A DNA stretch of 64,000 nucleotides from Candidatus Aminicenantes bacterium (GCA_030603565.1 JAUVXM010000005.1:9377-73376), one strand, 5' to 3'; shown: positions 19,120 to 29,750, counted from the stretch's first letter. The notes: generated from the sequence alone by a model not told the origin. Numbers and translations are program-made.

Positions 19120-19902
19120 ATGACATATGAAAATTTGACTACCAGCAAAGAAAACGGGCTGGGATGGATTGTTATTAACCGGCCGGATAAATTAAATGCC
19201 TTGAATATTAAAACAGTCGAGGAAATGCAGGGCGCTTTCCTTGCTTTCAAGGAGGACATGGAAGTAAAGGCTGTTATCTTGACCGGTTCCGGAGAGAAAG
19301 CTTTTATTGCTGGAGCGGATATCAGTGAACTGGCTAAGCTTGATCATGATGCTGGAAGACAGTATGTTTTAAAAGGTCAGGAATTAACTAAACTTATGGA
19401 AAATTATCCCAAGCCGGTGATCGCTGCTGTTAACGGCTATGCGCTTGGTGGCGGCACTGAGATGGCCTTGGCCTGTCATATTAGGATTGGGGCTGAAAAT
19501 GCAAAAATGGGACAACCGGAAGTAAAATTAGGGCTGATCCCGGGATTCGGCGGGACTCAAAGATTGTCCAGGCTTGTGGGTAAGGGAATAGCTATGGAAA
19601 TGATCCTGACCGGAAAAGTCATTGACGCAGCTGAGGCTTTACAAATAGGCTTGCTGAATAAAGTCGTGCCCCCGGAAAAACTTCATTTAACTTGCGAGGC
19701 CCTGGCAAATGAAATGATCGTAAATGCCCCAGTAGCGCTTGAATATGCTATAGTTGCTATTAATAAAGGATTTGATAAACCTATGGATGAAGCTCTTCTT
19801 TTGGAAGCTGATCTTTTTGGTGCTTCCTGTAAAACCGAAGACAGTAAGGAAGGGACTAAGGCTTTTCTGGAAAAAAGAAAGCCGAATTTCCAGGGGAAAT
19901 AA
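19120..19902 (+). CDS. enoyl-CoA hydratase (crotonase family, short-chain Crt-like)
   Basis: 260 aa. AFIAGADISEL, AAVNGYALGGGTEMALACH, PEVKLGLIPGFGGTQRL motifs. GGGAGG RBS. Confidence 0.9.
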   Translation: MTYENLTTSKENGLGWIVINRPDKLNALNIKTVEEMQGAFLAFKEDMEVKAVILTGSGEKAFIAGADISELAKLDHDAGRQYVLKGQELTKLMENYPKPVIAAVNGYALGGGTEMALACHIRIGAENAKMGQPEVKLGLIPGFGGTQRLSRLVGKGIAMEMILTGKVIDAAEALQIGLLNKVVPPEKLHLTCEALANEMIVNAPVALEYAIVAINKGFDKPMDEALLLEADLFGASCKTEDSKEGTKAFLEKRKPNFQGK

Positions 19903-19914
19903 CAGGAGTATAAT

Positions 19915-20382
19915 ATGAATATATATGAGGGAAAACTTAAAGCTGAAGGTTTAAAGATCGGGATCATCCTCAGTCGGTTCAATCAATTTATCTCAGGAAG
20001 ACTGTTGGAAGGAGCGCTTGATGCTCTTAATAAACTGGGGGCTGCTGAAAAGGATATATCGATCTATAAAGTCCCGGGATCTTTTGAGGTGCCTGGTATA
20101 GCGAAAAAACTGGCAGAAGCCAAAAAAGTAGATGGGATTATATGCCTTGGGGCCCTTATCAGGGGCGATACACCCCATTTTGATTATTTAAGTGCAGAAG
20201 TGACTAAAGGTCTGGCCCAGATCTCCATAGATGAAGGGATACCGGTATCATATGGAATATTGACGGTCGATACTATTGAGCAGGGAATAGAGAGAGCTGG
20301 GACAAAAGCTGGGAATAAGGGCTATGACTCCACTTTTTCGCTTATTGAGACTATAAACCTGATAAAGAGGGCAGGGCTTTAA
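19915..20382 (+). CDS. ribH: 6,7-dimethyl-8-ribityllumazine synthase
   Basis: 155 aa. [31 protein letters not shown] motifs. Confidence 0.9.
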   Translation: MNIYEGKLKAEGLKIGIILSRFNQFISGRLLEGALDALNKLGAAEKDISIYKVPGSFEVPGIAKKLAEAKKVDGIICLGALIRGDTPHFDYLSAEVTKGLAQISIDEGIPVSYGILTVDTIEQGIERAGTKAGNKGYDSTFSLIETINLIKRAGL

Positions 20383-20399
20383 GGCGCTATACTTCTGTT

Positions 20400-20840
20400 A
20401 TGGGCAAAAGAAGAAAAGCACGGGAGAGTACTCTTCAAATTCTATTTCAGCTGGAGTTTGATGATTCTCAGCTTGATAAAACAATATCACAGTTCCTGGA
20501 AAACAAAAAGGCGGACAAAGAGGAAAAAGAACTCTGTACCCGCCTGATATACGGTATAACTGCCAATCAGGCGGAAATAGATAAGGTAATTCAATCAACC
20601 TCTGAAAACTGGAGAATAGCCCGCATGGCAATTGTAGACAAAAATATTCTGCGGATGGCCGCTTATGAAATGCTTTATGATAAAAAGCTTGCGCCGGCAA
20701 TAATCATCAATGAAGCGATAGAGATTGCCAAAAAATACAGCAGTGAACAGTCTGCTACTTTTATCAATGGTATTCTGGATGCACTTAATAAAAATAAAAT
20801 AAAAGATGATAAACCACTAAAGGAAGTCAAACATGGTTGA
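20400..20840 (+). CDS. nusB: transcription antitermination factor NusB
   Basis: 146 aa. RRKARESTLQILFQ N-terminus and INEAIEIAKKY...FINGILD C-terminal pattern. Follows ribH as in many bacteria. Confidence 0.9.
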   Translation: MGKRRKARESTLQILFQLEFDDSQLDKTISQFLENKKADKEEKELCTRLIYGITANQAEIDKVIQSTSENWRIARMAIVDKNILRMAAYEMLYDKKLAPAIIINEAIEIAKKYSSEQSATFINGILDALNKNKIKDDKPLKEVKHG

Positions 20841-22332
20841 AAAAAGGAATGAGAGAGCGAAACTAAGTGAGCAGGAAATCGTCCGTAAAGAAAAAATGGC
20901 AAAGCTTGCTGAAGAAGGCGTTGAGCTGTTTCCCCACAAGATTGAAACGACTCATTCTGTTTATGAGGTCGTTTCTGAGTATGCTGAAGTATCCAAGGAG
21001 GAACTTGAGGAAAAAAAGATCAAGGTCTATGTTCCCGGAAGGATTGTTTCTATTCGCAAGATGGGGAGAGCCGTCTTTTTTCACATAGCTGATTCTCAGG
21101 GGAAACTGCAGGTTTATCTTCGAGAAGACCATCTTGGAAAAAAACAATTCGAGCTTTTTTCATTTTTAGATATAGGTGACATTATTGCTGTGAAAGGGGA
21201 ACTGTTCAAGACCCGGACCAAGGAATTGACCGTTCTGGCCGGTTCTTTTACTTTTCTGGCTAAATGCCTCCATCCTTTACCGGAAAAGTGGCATGGACTG
21301 CAGGATGTGGAACTGCGCTTCCGGAAACGCCACCTTGATCTTATTGTCAACCGGGATACAGTTAAGACATTCAGGCTCCGCAGTCTTATGAACGCCGGTA
21401 TCAGAGAATATTTTAATGAACGCGGATATATCGAAGTTGAAACTCCGATGATGCATCCCATTCCCGGCGGCGCTCTGGCAAAGCCTTTTAAGACCTTTCA
21501 TAATGCCCTGGGAATGGAATTATATTTGAGAATAGCACCTGAATTGTATTTAAAAAGACTTACCGTTGGAGGGCTCGATAAAATCTATGAGATAAACCGG
21601 AGTTTCAGGAATGAGGGGATTTCTTCCGAGCATAATCCTGAATTTACCATGTTGGAATTCTATGAAGCTTACTGTGATTATAATGACATGATGGATCGGG
21701 CGGAGGAATTAATCAATTCCCTGAGTTTAAAACTCCTTGGAACTGAGGAGATCACATATGGCGAGCATAAGATCTCCTTTAAAAGACCTTGGAAAAGGAT
21801 CAAGTTCAGGGAGGCTCTCTCCCATTACAGCGGGATAGCCCCTCGCCGTTTTGAAAATAAAAAAGAAATAATAGAAATGGCTTCTACCCTTGCTGGTAAA
21901 GGGACATCACTTACCTATGGCAAGGCTTTGGATGTGATTTTTGACAAGTATGTCAAGCCGAATCTGATCCAACCTACATTTGTGACCAATCCTCCCAAGG
22001 AAATCTCTCCTTTAGCTAAAGCTTCCCAGGATAATCCTGATGAGGCTGAACGGTTTGAACTAATAATAGCCGGAATGGAGGTCGCGAACGCTTTTAGTGA
22101 GCTGACCGATCCGGCTGAACAAAAGCAGAGATTTGAGCAGCAAAGGGAAGCGAGAAAGCAGGGGGATGAGGAATCGCATTTAGTAGATAAGGATTATGTC
22201 GAGGCTTTAGAGTACGGGCTTCCTCCCACTGGAGGCCAGGGGATCGGAATAGACCGCTTGATTATGATCTTTGCTAACTGTAAGTCCATAAGAGAAGTGA
22301 TTCTTTTTCCTCTCCTGCGGCCCAAGTCATAA
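20833..22332 (+). CDS. lysS: lysyl-tRNA synthetase, class II
   Basis: 499 aa. OB-fold N-domain. Class II motifs (YEINRSFRNEG, HNPEFTMLEFY, GGQGIGIDRL). 8-nt overlap with nusB. Confidence 0.95.
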   Translation: MVEKRNERAKLSEQEIVRKEKMAKLAEEGVELFPHKIETTHSVYEVVSEYAEVSKEELEEKKIKVYVPGRIVSIRKMGRAVFFHIADSQGKLQVYLREDHLGKKQFELFSFLDIGDIIAVKGELFKTRTKELTVLAGSFTFLAKCLHPLPEKWHGLQDVELRFRKRHLDLIVNRDTVKTFRLRSLMNAGIREYFNERGYIEVETPMMHPIPGGALAKPFKTFHNALGMELYLRIAPELYLKRLTVGGLDKIYEINRSFRNEGISSEHNPEFTMLEFYEAYCDYNDMMDRAEELINSLSLKLLGTEEITYGEHKISFKRPWKRIKFREALSHYSGIAPRRFENKKEIIEMASTLAGKGTSLTYGKALDVIFDKYVKPNLIQPTFVTNPPKEISPLAKASQDNPDEAERFELIIAGMEVANAFSELTDPAEQKQRFEQQREARKQGDEESHLVDKDYVEALEYGLPPTGGQGIGIDRLIMIFANCKSIREVILFPLLRPKS

Positions 22333-22351
22333 AAGAGAAATATATTTTATC

Positions 22352-23572
22352 ATGAGCTATGAATGGTTTGTTGCTAAACGATATCTTACTGCCAGACGAA
22401 AACAGGCATTTATCTCGGTTATTACCTCTATCTCTATTCTTGGTATTACTATCGGTGTTATGGCCCTTATTATCGCTATTGCCCTGATCACCGGTTTCCA
22501 GAATGATGTCCAGGATAAGATCCTTGGCTCGACTTCACATATAATGATCTCTGATATGAGTGGTGAGGGAATATCAGATTTTTCTGAGTTGATATCTTCT
22601 ATTAAAAATGTCGAAGGTGTCATAGGGGCTACACCTGTGGTATATGATACAGTTCTTTTACAGGGACCGTATAAAAGTGCGGGAGGAATTCTGAGAGGTG
22701 TCGATTTTGAGTTGGAACGGGAAACTTCCCCCTGGCTGCAGGATCTGGAATTTGGCAGGATTCCTGAGCCTGAGGCAAAACGGGGAGAAATATTGCTGGG
22801 GAAGGATATGGCTTTTAATATTGGGGCTTCGGTTGGAGATGTTATTACTGTACTTTCTCTCTCTTCACGGTTGACTCCCTTGGGAATAAGTCCCAAGATA
22901 AAAAGATTAAAAGTTTCTGGAATTTTCACCACCGGATTATATGAATTTGACTATTCTACTGCTATGATCCCCCTTAAGAAAGCCCAGGAGATATTTAACC
23001 TGGGGGAAAATGTAAATCTTGTTCAAGTCAGGATAGAAGATATTTTTCTGGCTTCTGAGCTGAAGGAAAAGATAAAGGAAGTACTTCCTGCTGAGACTTA
23101 TGCTACTACCTGGATGGAGATGAACAAGCCGCTTTTTTCTGCTCTTAAACTGGAGAAAAAATTGATGTTTCTTACTATAACCCTTATCGTCCTGGTAGCG
23201 GCCTTAAACATTATAGCAACTCTCATTTTAATGGTCATGGAGAAGACCCGGGATATAGGTATTCTTAAGGCTATGGGAGCTACTTCCCGAGGGATAAGAA
23301 AAATATTTTTCTTTCAAGGGGCTATGATAGGTATTTTTGGTACAGGTATCGGTACAGGTTTGGGACTTACTTGGTGCTGGCTGGCGAATACTTTTGAATT
23401 GATCAAGGTTCCAGCTGATATTTATCAAATTGCCTTTGTGCCTTTCCGTATCGGTATTTTGGATTTATTTATAATAATTACGGTAACTTTATTGATAAGT
23501 TTTCTTTCCACTTTGTTCCCTGCGCATAGGGCTTCCCGGATCGACCCGGTAAAGGCATTAAAATATGAGTAA
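22352..23572 (+). CDS. lolC: LolC/LolE-type lipoprotein-release permease (FtsX family)
   Basis: 406 aa. YLTARRKQAFISVIT N-terminus. C-terminal FtsX bundle ending RASRIDPVKALKYE. Overlaps the downstream ATPase gene by 8 nt. Confidence 0.75.
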   Translation: MSYEWFVAKRYLTARRKQAFISVITSISILGITIGVMALIIAIALITGFQNDVQDKILGSTSHIMISDMSGEGISDFSELISSIKNVEGVIGATPVVYDTVLLQGPYKSAGGILRGVDFELERETSPWLQDLEFGRIPEPEAKRGEILLGKDMAFNIGASVGDVITVLSLSSRLTPLGISPKIKRLKVSGIFTTGLYEFDYSTAMIPLKKAQEIFNLGENVNLVQVRIEDIFLASELKEKIKEVLPAETYATTWMEMNKPLFSALKLEKKLMFLTITLIVLVAALNIIATLILMVMEKTRDIGILKAMGATSRGIRKIFFFQGAMIGIFGTGIGTGLGLTWCWLANTFELIKVPADIYQIAFVPFRIGILDLFIIITVTLLISFLSTLFPAHRASRIDPVKALKYE

Positions 23573-24242
23573 AATCCTGATAGTTAAAGATCTTTGTAAA
23601 GAATATCCTTTACCCAGAGGAACTTTGTGTGTTTTTGATAGACTGAATTTTGACCTGGAAAATGGGTCGCTGGTTGCTGTTATGGGAGTTTCCGGAGTTG
23701 GCAAGACTACTCTTTTAAATTTATTTGGTCTTCTGGATAAGCCGACCCGCGGAAAGGTTTTTCTGGATGGGGAGGATATTTTTGCAAAAGATGACATTAA
23801 GAAAGCATTGATTCGAAATAAAAAGGTGGGATTTATTTTCCAATTTTATCATCTTCTCCCGGAATTCTCAGCCTGGGAGAATGTTAGTTTCCCTCTTTTA
23901 ATTAAAGGAGTGAAAAGGAAAGAAGCCCAAGTTAGAGCTGTTGAACTGCTTAAAGAAGTAGGCTTGGAGGATAAGGTTGAGCTTAGGCCAGGGCAGCTTT
24001 CCGGAGGTGAACAGCAGAGGATCGCAATAGCCCGGGCTTTGATCAACAATCCGAAATTACTCTTAGCGGATGAACCGACCGGCAATCTGGACTGGAAAAC
24101 CGGACGAATGATCCTGGAGCTTATCCGCCAGTTGCATATTAAAAAAAACCTTTCTTCCATAATCGTCACTCACAATGAAAAAGTAGCCCAATTCTGTGAC
24201 AAGAATTATCTTATGCAGGCAGGCGGGCTGACATTAATATAG
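23565..24242 (+). CDS. lolD: LolD-type ABC ATPase
   Basis: 225 aa. Walker A GVSGVGKTT, signature LSGGEQQR, Walker B LLLADEPTG. Coupled to the LolC/E-like permease. Confidence 0.8.
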   Translation: MSKILIVKDLCKEYPLPRGTLCVFDRLNFDLENGSLVAVMGVSGVGKTTLLNLFGLLDKPTRGKVFLDGEDIFAKDDIKKALIRNKKVGFIFQFYHLLPEFSAWENVSFPLLIKGVKRKEAQVRAVELLKEVGLEDKVELRPGQLSGGEQQRIAIARALINNPKLLLADEPTGNLDWKTGRMILELIRQLHIKKNLSSIIVTHNEKVAQFCDKNYLMQAGGLTLI

Positions 24243-24245
24243 TAC

Positions 24246-24295
24246 ATACCCTGTGCCTCGCATCTGCTGCAATCTCGACTCGTGAATAATCCAGG
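24246..24295. repeat. type B terminus fragment (reverse orientation)
   Basis: ATACCCTGTGCCTCGCATCTGCTGCAATCTCGACTCGTGAATAATCCAGG, 4 nt after the lolD stop. Matches the end of the 121-bp units. Confidence 0.8.
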
Positions 24296-24416
24296 CTAAA
24301 TATGAAACTTTAATCCCGTTATACCCGTTATAATAGTTATAGTAATGGTGTGAGGAAAGAGATTAAACGCCTCATATCTTTATTTTTAAAGGCAATTATG
24401 GTATAAGGAAGAGAAA

Positions 24417-26765
24417 ATGAAAAAATTTATTTTAGTAATATTATTTTGTTGTCTGCCATTTTATGTTTATGGACAGGAAGTTATAGAAAAGATAGAAGTT
24501 ATTGGAAATGAGCGGGTAACTAAAGAGACTATTGTATATTATTTGACCTCTCAGGAAGGGGACTTTTACAGTAAGGATCTATTAATAAGAGATTTCCGGG
24601 TGTTGTGGGCTACCGGCTTTTTTTCGAATATTGATATACAAGAAGAAGATGGGCAGCATGGGAAAATTGTTAAGATCATTGTTGAAGAGAATCCGGTTAT
24701 CAGGGAAATAACCTATAAGACCGGAAAAAAGGTTAAAGAAGAGGATATTGTCAACAAATTAAAAGAAAATGATGAATATATCCTCCCTTATTCATATTAC
24801 AGTCCGCATAAGGTCCAGAAAATAGAAAAGACTATCAAAGAGCTCCTGCTTGAGAAGGGGTTGTCTTCCGGAAAGGTCGAGTCGGAAGTAATTAAAAAGG
24901 GCAAGAATGAATTAGATATAGTTTTTAATATCAATGAAGGGCCTAAAGTCAAAGTCGGTAAGATCGTATTTGAAGGAGAGCCGAAGCTGTCGGATAGTAC
25001 CCTTTTACCGGCTTTTAAAGAAAACAGAAAGCACAACTTTGTATCCTGGATATTAGGAAAAGATGCCTTTAAGCAGAATATGCTGAATGAAGACCTTGAT
25101 AATTTAAAGCAGAAGTTCCAGGAATATGGTTTTATGGAAGCGGATATTGGAGAACCGAGGCTTGAAGAAATTCAGAAAAGATCGATTTTCCTGAAAAAAC
25201 AGACTATGAAAAAAATAATTATCCCTGTAGATGCAGGCTATCGTTATTTTGTAGGAGATGTTAGTGTGCAGGGAAATGAGTTTTTCAATACAAAATATCT
25301 CCTGAGCCTGGTGAAATATAATGAGGGGGATGTTTACAGCATAGAAATCAGGGAGAAAGCGGTTGAGAAGATAGGAGAAATTTATAGGGATTTTGGCTAT
25401 CTTTATGCTCAGATAAATCCTATTGAAAAACTTGACCCAAAAAATAAACGAGTAAACCTTACTTTCAATATATATGAAGGCGAAGTGGCTTATCTTCACC
25501 GTATGGAATTTAAAGGGAACCGTTTTACCAAGGATAAGGTCATCAGGCGTGAAATGATTCTTAGAGAAGGAGACAGGTTCAGCTTTTCCATGTTTAAAAA
25601 TAGTCTTCTGCGGATGAACCAGCTTGGATTAGTAGAGCTTGAGGGAGAGCCTGAGATTTTACCCGACCCTGAAGACCCGACAGAGATCAATGTTAATGTC
25701 AATGTAACTGAAATGCAGAGAAACAATATTCAATTTACCGCGGGGTACAGCGGGTACCAAGGCACTTTTGTATCTCTTAGCTACTCAACTGTAAATTTTT
25801 TAGGTGCTGGAGAAAAACTACAGCTTTCACTTCAGTATGGAAAGCGAATAAAAAATTATTCCTTTGGATTTACCGAACCGTATTTATTCGATATGCCTAT
25901 TAATGCAGGATTTAATATTCATGACAATTATATGATCTTACCGGGCCTATATAACCGAAGAAGCAAAGGGATAGACTTCTCAGTCACTGGCAGGGTTAAG
26001 GGATACTGGAGAGCGGGGCTGACTTATAGTTATAATAAAATGGAGATCAGCGAATACGAAGGCGACGATGATTATTATCCTTATTATGGTGGATACGGCG
26101 GATATAGTGGATACGGCGGGTACGGTGGATATGGCGGAGCGTATGGTTATGGAAAATATAATATCAGCAGCCTGACTCCAAATATTTACCGGAACACAGT
26201 AGACAGCCCGCTTACTCCGTCTAGGGGCAGTTTGTATATGGTGTCGTTTAAATTCGCAGGTGGTTTCCTGGGCGGTGATGTCAATATGTTCAAACCTCGC
26301 TTTGAATTCACCCGCTATATCCCGATAATTAAAAAGAGTTCTCTTGGTTTTCATTTAGAATATTCCTTTATAAAGAAGGTCGGCGATGTGGAGATCCCGT
26401 TTTGGGAGAGATTTTATCTGGGCGGGGAAAGGTCTATAAGGGGATATAACATTTATACTATTGGTCCCCGCAGTGAAAACGGAGCCAATATGGGGGGAGA
26501 GAAATCATTGGTCTTCAATGCTGAATATATTATTCCGGTAGGAGGCCCTTTATATGCGATCTTATTCTATGATATGGGAAATGCTTATGCTCCTGATCAG
26601 AAGATAAGCTTAAAAAATATGTATAGATCTACTGGCCTTGAGGTAAGGATATTTGTCCCGGCTATACGGGTACCTTTTAGATTAATTTTTGCTTATAATG
26701 ATCCGATTGCATTATATAAGGATTCTCATTTTAATTTTCGATTTGCTATCGGAACTACATTTTAA
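24417..26765 (+). CDS. bamA: outer-membrane protein assembly factor BamA
   Basis: 782 aa. Signal peptide, POTRA-like N-terminal repeats, C-terminal barrel ending RFAIGTTF. Upstream of skp-fabZ-lpxA. Confidence 0.9.
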   Translation: MKKFILVILFCCLPFYVYGQEVIEKIEVIGNERVTKETIVYYLTSQEGDFYSKDLLIRDFRVLWATGFFSNIDIQEEDGQHGKIVKIIVEENPVIREITYKTGKKVKEEDIVNKLKENDEYILPYSYYSPHKVQKIEKTIKELLLEKGLSSGKVESEVIKKGKNELDIVFNINEGPKVKVGKIVFEGEPKLSDSTLLPAFKENRKHNFVSWILGKDAFKQNMLNEDLDNLKQKFQEYGFMEADIGEPRLEEIQKRSIFLKKQTMKKIIIPVDAGYRYFVGDVSVQGNEFFNTKYLLSLVKYNEGDVYSIEIREKAVEKIGEIYRDFGYLYAQINPIEKLDPKNKRVNLTFNIYEGEVAYLHRMEFKGNRFTKDKVIRREMILREGDRFSFSMFKNSLLRMNQLGLVELEGEPEILPDPEDPTEINVNVNVTEMQRNNIQFTAGYSGYQGTFVSLSYSTVNFLGAGEKLQLSLQYGKRIKNYSFGFTEPYLFDMPINAGFNIHDNYMILPGLYNRRSKGIDFSVTGRVKGYWRAGLTYSYNKMEISEYEGDDDYYPYYGGYGGYSGYGGYGGYGGAYGYGKYNISSLTPNIYRNTVDSPLTPSRGSLYMVSFKFAGGFLGGDVNMFKPRFEFTRYIPIIKKSSLGFHLEYSFIKKVGDVEIPFWERFYLGGERSIRGYNIYTIGPRSENGANMGGEKSLVFNAEYIIPVGGPLYAILFYDMGNAYAPDQKISLKNMYRSTGLEVRIFVPAIRVPFRLIFAYNDPIALYKDSHFNFRFAIGTTF

Positions 26766-26798
26766 GATATTTAAAAGAAAAGATTAAGGAGGAATAGG

Positions 26799-27338
26799 AT
26801 GATTAGAAAAAGTACAGGGAAGGCTCTTCTACTTACACTCATTATTGCTGCTCTGGTCTCGACCGGATATGCCCAAGCAATTATTAAAATCGGAGTTGTA
26901 AATTCTCAGGAAGTTCTGCAAGCATCCAAAGAAGGAAAAAAGGTCGTGAACCAGCTCCAGGATAAGGACAAAAGGAATCAAGCTGAATTATCTCGCAGGG
27001 ATGAAGAAATCCGTAATTTGCAGACCAAGCTGAATACTCAGAGGTTAACGCTTACGCAGGAAGCTATTATTAATTTAACCTCTGACTTGGAGAACAAGAC
27101 AACAGCCAGAAAACGGTTTGCTGAGGATACATACAAAGATATGCAGGCCATGACTCAAAGGATGTTCCAGAAGATACAGGGTGAACTGCTTCCTATTATT
27201 GAGAAGCTTGGAAAAGAGAGAGGGCTTGATATCATTTTTGATCTGGGAAATAGCGGAGCCGTGTATTACAGTCCTACGATCGATGTTACTCAGGAAGTAA
27301 TCAAAAGGTACGATGCCTCAAAAACCGCAAGCAACTAA
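26799..27338 (+). CDS. skp: periplasmic chaperone Skp/OmpH
   Basis: 179 aa. Signal peptide, coiled-coil Lys/Gln/Glu-rich body. Canonical position between bamA and fabZ. Confidence 0.75.
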   Translation: MIRKSTGKALLLTLIIAALVSTGYAQAIIKIGVVNSQEVLQASKEGKKVVNQLQDKDKRNQAELSRRDEEIRNLQTKLNTQRLTLTQEAIINLTSDLENKTTARKRFAEDTYKDMQAMTQRMFQKIQGELLPIIEKLGKERGLDIIFDLGNSGAVYYSPTIDVTQEVIKRYDASKTASN

Positions 27339-27789
27339 AATTTTTCTTAATATAGAAAAAATACAGGGGATGCTTCCCCACCGGTATCCTTTTTTATTTG
27401 TAGATAGAGTACTGGAATTAAAAAAGGGGAAGTCTATCATTGCTTTAAAAAATGTCACCTGTAATGAACCTTTTTTCCAGGGGCATTTCCCAAGAATCAA
27501 AATCATGCCGGGAGTTTTGATCATTGAAGCTATAGCTCAGACCGGAGGAGTGCTTTTATATGATTCTCTTCCGGAACCTGAAACGAAACTTGTCTTTCTC
27601 AGTAAGATCAATAACGCAAAATTCAGATGTCCAGTTGTGCCGGGGGACCAGCTTATTTTAGAAATCGAATTACTCAAATTGAAGAAAAACTTCGCTTGTA
27701 TCAATGGTAAGGCTTTTGTGGATGACCAGATTGTAGCTGAAGCTGATATTATGGCTTCTATTATGAATCTTGAGGAGCTGCATGGGTAG
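27313..27789 (+). CDS. fabZ: 3-hydroxyacyl-ACP dehydratase FabZ
   Basis: 158 aa. LPHRYPFLFVDRV, FFQGHFP, PGVLIIEAIAQ hot-dog motifs. Confidence 0.9.
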   Translation: MPQKPQATKIFLNIEKIQGMLPHRYPFLFVDRVLELKKGKSIIALKNVTCNEPFFQGHFPRIKIMPGVLIIEAIAQTGGVLLYDSLPEPETKLVFLSKINNAKFRCPVVPGDQLILEIELLKLKKNFACINGKAFVDDQIVAEADIMASIMNLEELHG

Positions 27790-28588
27790 TAATGAAACTT
27801 TTATTCATCCTTCTGCTGTAGTTCATCCCAAGGCTCGATTGGGTTCTGGTGTCTATATCGGCCCTTCCGTGGTTATCGGAAGCAAGGTTTCAATCCAAAA
27901 AAATACCAGAGTAGATGCCTTTGTTTATATTGAAGGGGCGACTGAAATAGGCGAAGATTGTCACTTTTTCCCTTATTCCACCATTGGAACTGAACCTCAG
28001 GATATTAGCTATAAAGGGGAAGAATCCTTTGTGAAGATCGGAGACCGGAATGTTTTTCGGGAATTCATGACCGTGCATCGAGGCACAGTCAAGGGTGGCG
28101 GGAAAACTCTTATTGGAGATGATAATTATTTCATGGCGTATTCTCATATTGCTCATGACTGTTTTGTCGGAAATAAGACTGTTTTTAACCATGGAGCCAC
28201 TATTGGCGGGCATTGTTATGTAGGTAATTTTGCCCAGGTAGGAGCTTTATCCGGTATGCATCAGTTTTGCCGGATCGGCAAATATGCCTTTACCGGGGGA
28301 TATTCTGTTATCACCCAGGATGTGCTGTCATTCTGCAGAGTCGCAGGCAGTCGTCCGCCCTTTTTTTATGGTCTTAATGCGATTGGCCTACGCCGCCAGG
28401 GATTCTCCAGAGAAAGAATAAGAGCAATAAAAGGGATGTTTAAACTTATATTTTATTCTGAACTGAATACCTCCCAGGCAGTAGAAAAAATCTTAAGAGA
28501 ATATCCTCAGGGGAAAGACAGAGATGAGATCATTCAATTTATTAAATCTTCTAAAAGAGGGATTATTAAGAAGGTATCTGAAGAGTGA
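27770..28588 (+). CDS. lpxA: acyl-ACP--UDP-N-acetylglucosamine O-acyltransferase LpxA
   Basis: 272 aa. Left-handed beta-helix hexapeptide repeats (IHPSAVVHPKARLGSGVYIGP...). C-terminal helical domain. ATG 27782 is an alternative start. Confidence 0.9.
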   Translation: MRSCMGSNETFIHPSAVVHPKARLGSGVYIGPSVVIGSKVSIQKNTRVDAFVYIEGATEIGEDCHFFPYSTIGTEPQDISYKGEESFVKIGDRNVFREFMTVHRGTVKGGGKTLIGDDNYFMAYSHIAHDCFVGNKTVFNHGATIGGHCYVGNFAQVGALSGMHQFCRIGKYAFTGGYSVITQDVLSFCRVAGSRPPFFYGLNAIGLRRQGFSRERIRAIKGMFKLIFYSELNTSQAVEKILREYPQGKDRDEIIQFIKSSKRGIIKKVSEE

Positions 28589-29397
28589 AAAAAAATATAG
28601 GGATTATCGCCGGCTCAGGCGAATTCGGCCTTTTTGTCTGTAATCAAGTTAGAAAACAAGGGTATAGCTGTATTGTAGCAGGAATCAAGGGCCAATCTGC
28701 TTCTAAGCTTCAGAATGTTTCTGATGTCTTTGCCTGGTTTGATATCAGCAATGTTTTGGATGTGGTGCCGTTTTTTAAAAAAAACGGGGTAACAAAAGCA
28801 GTCTTTGCAGGAAAAATTGATCACTTACTGATTATTAAATCCAAAAAACTCAGCCGCTCTGTTTTAGGTCTTCTGGCTGGGGGAAAAGACAGGAGTCCAT
28901 CTGCAATATTAAAGACTGCAATTGATTATCTTGCCAGCCATGGAATAGAGGTGATAGATACGACAATGTTTATTGCTCCGGCTGTCTGTGCTCCCGGGGT
29001 CCTTAGTAAAAAAAAACCGACTCGTACAATAATGGATGACATAGAGTTCGGTTGGGATATTGCCAGAAAGACTGCAGACCTGGATATAGGGCAAACAGTT
29101 ATTGTTAAGAATAAAGCCATTGTAGCAATAGAGGGGATGGAAGGGACAGATAAAGCCATAAGGCGGAGCAGAGATCTGGCCGGAAAAAATACGGTCGTGG
29201 TTAAGGTCTGCCGCACTATTCAAGATACCAGGATTGATTTGCCTGCAATAGGATTAGGAACTGTTAAAAGTTTGGTCAGTTCAGAATGTGCTGCGCTTTG
29301 TTTCGAGGCCGAGAAAATGCCTTTTTTCCAGATGGAAGAATCAATAGAGCTTGCAAATGCCCATAATATAGTGATTATAGCAAAAAAACAATATTAG
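28585..29397 (+). CDS. lpxI: LpxI-like UDP-2,3-diacylglucosamine hydrolase (DUF1009)
   Basis: 270 aa. IGIIAGSGEFG N-terminus and GQTVIVKNKAIVAIEGMEGTD core. GTG start overlaps the lpxA stop. Position after lpxA. Confidence 0.7.
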   Translation: MKKNIGIIAGSGEFGLFVCNQVRKQGYSCIVAGIKGQSASKLQNVSDVFAWFDISNVLDVVPFFKKNGVTKAVFAGKIDHLLIIKSKKLSRSVLGLLAGGKDRSPSAILKTAIDYLASHGIEVIDTTMFIAPAVCAPGVLSKKKPTRTIMDDIEFGWDIARKTADLDIGQTVIVKNKAIVAIEGMEGTDKAIRRSRDLAGKNTVVVKVCRTIQDTRIDLPAIGLGTVKSLVSSECAALCFEAEKMPFFQMEESIELANAHNIVIIAKKQY

Positions 29398-29674
29398 ACG
29401 CGGATTGACACGGATGAAATCAACCCTTCATCACTTCGCTTCGCGAAGCAAGTTGAACTAACTCTATGAAAAAGCTTATGTTTAATTAAGAAGTAATAAT
29501 GTTTTTTTGTGGATCATGAGAATGGCAAATAAAAAATGGAGAAAATTTGTAAAGGGTTTTCATTTTGTGCTTAAGCACAAATTGGAAGTAGCTTTTTGTT
29601 TTTTGGATGTAAGCCAAAAAAGAAAAAGCTACTTGGTTTAATCCGCGTCCATCTGCGTCCTCAGCGTAAAATAT
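29393..29674. repeat. family-C dispersed repeat, full length
   Basis: ATTAGACGCGGATTGACACGGATG ... TAATCCGCGTCCATCTGCGTCCTCAGCGTAAAAT. The lpxI stop TAG (29395-29397) lies inside the first 5 nt. By eye about 85-90% identical to 14801-15114. Confidence 0.85.
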
Positions 29675-29750
29675 TGTTTTTATAGCTTTATCCGTGAATA
29701 TCCGGGTCAAATTCTTTTTCTTCCCGAAGCATAGAAATCTATAAAAAATA

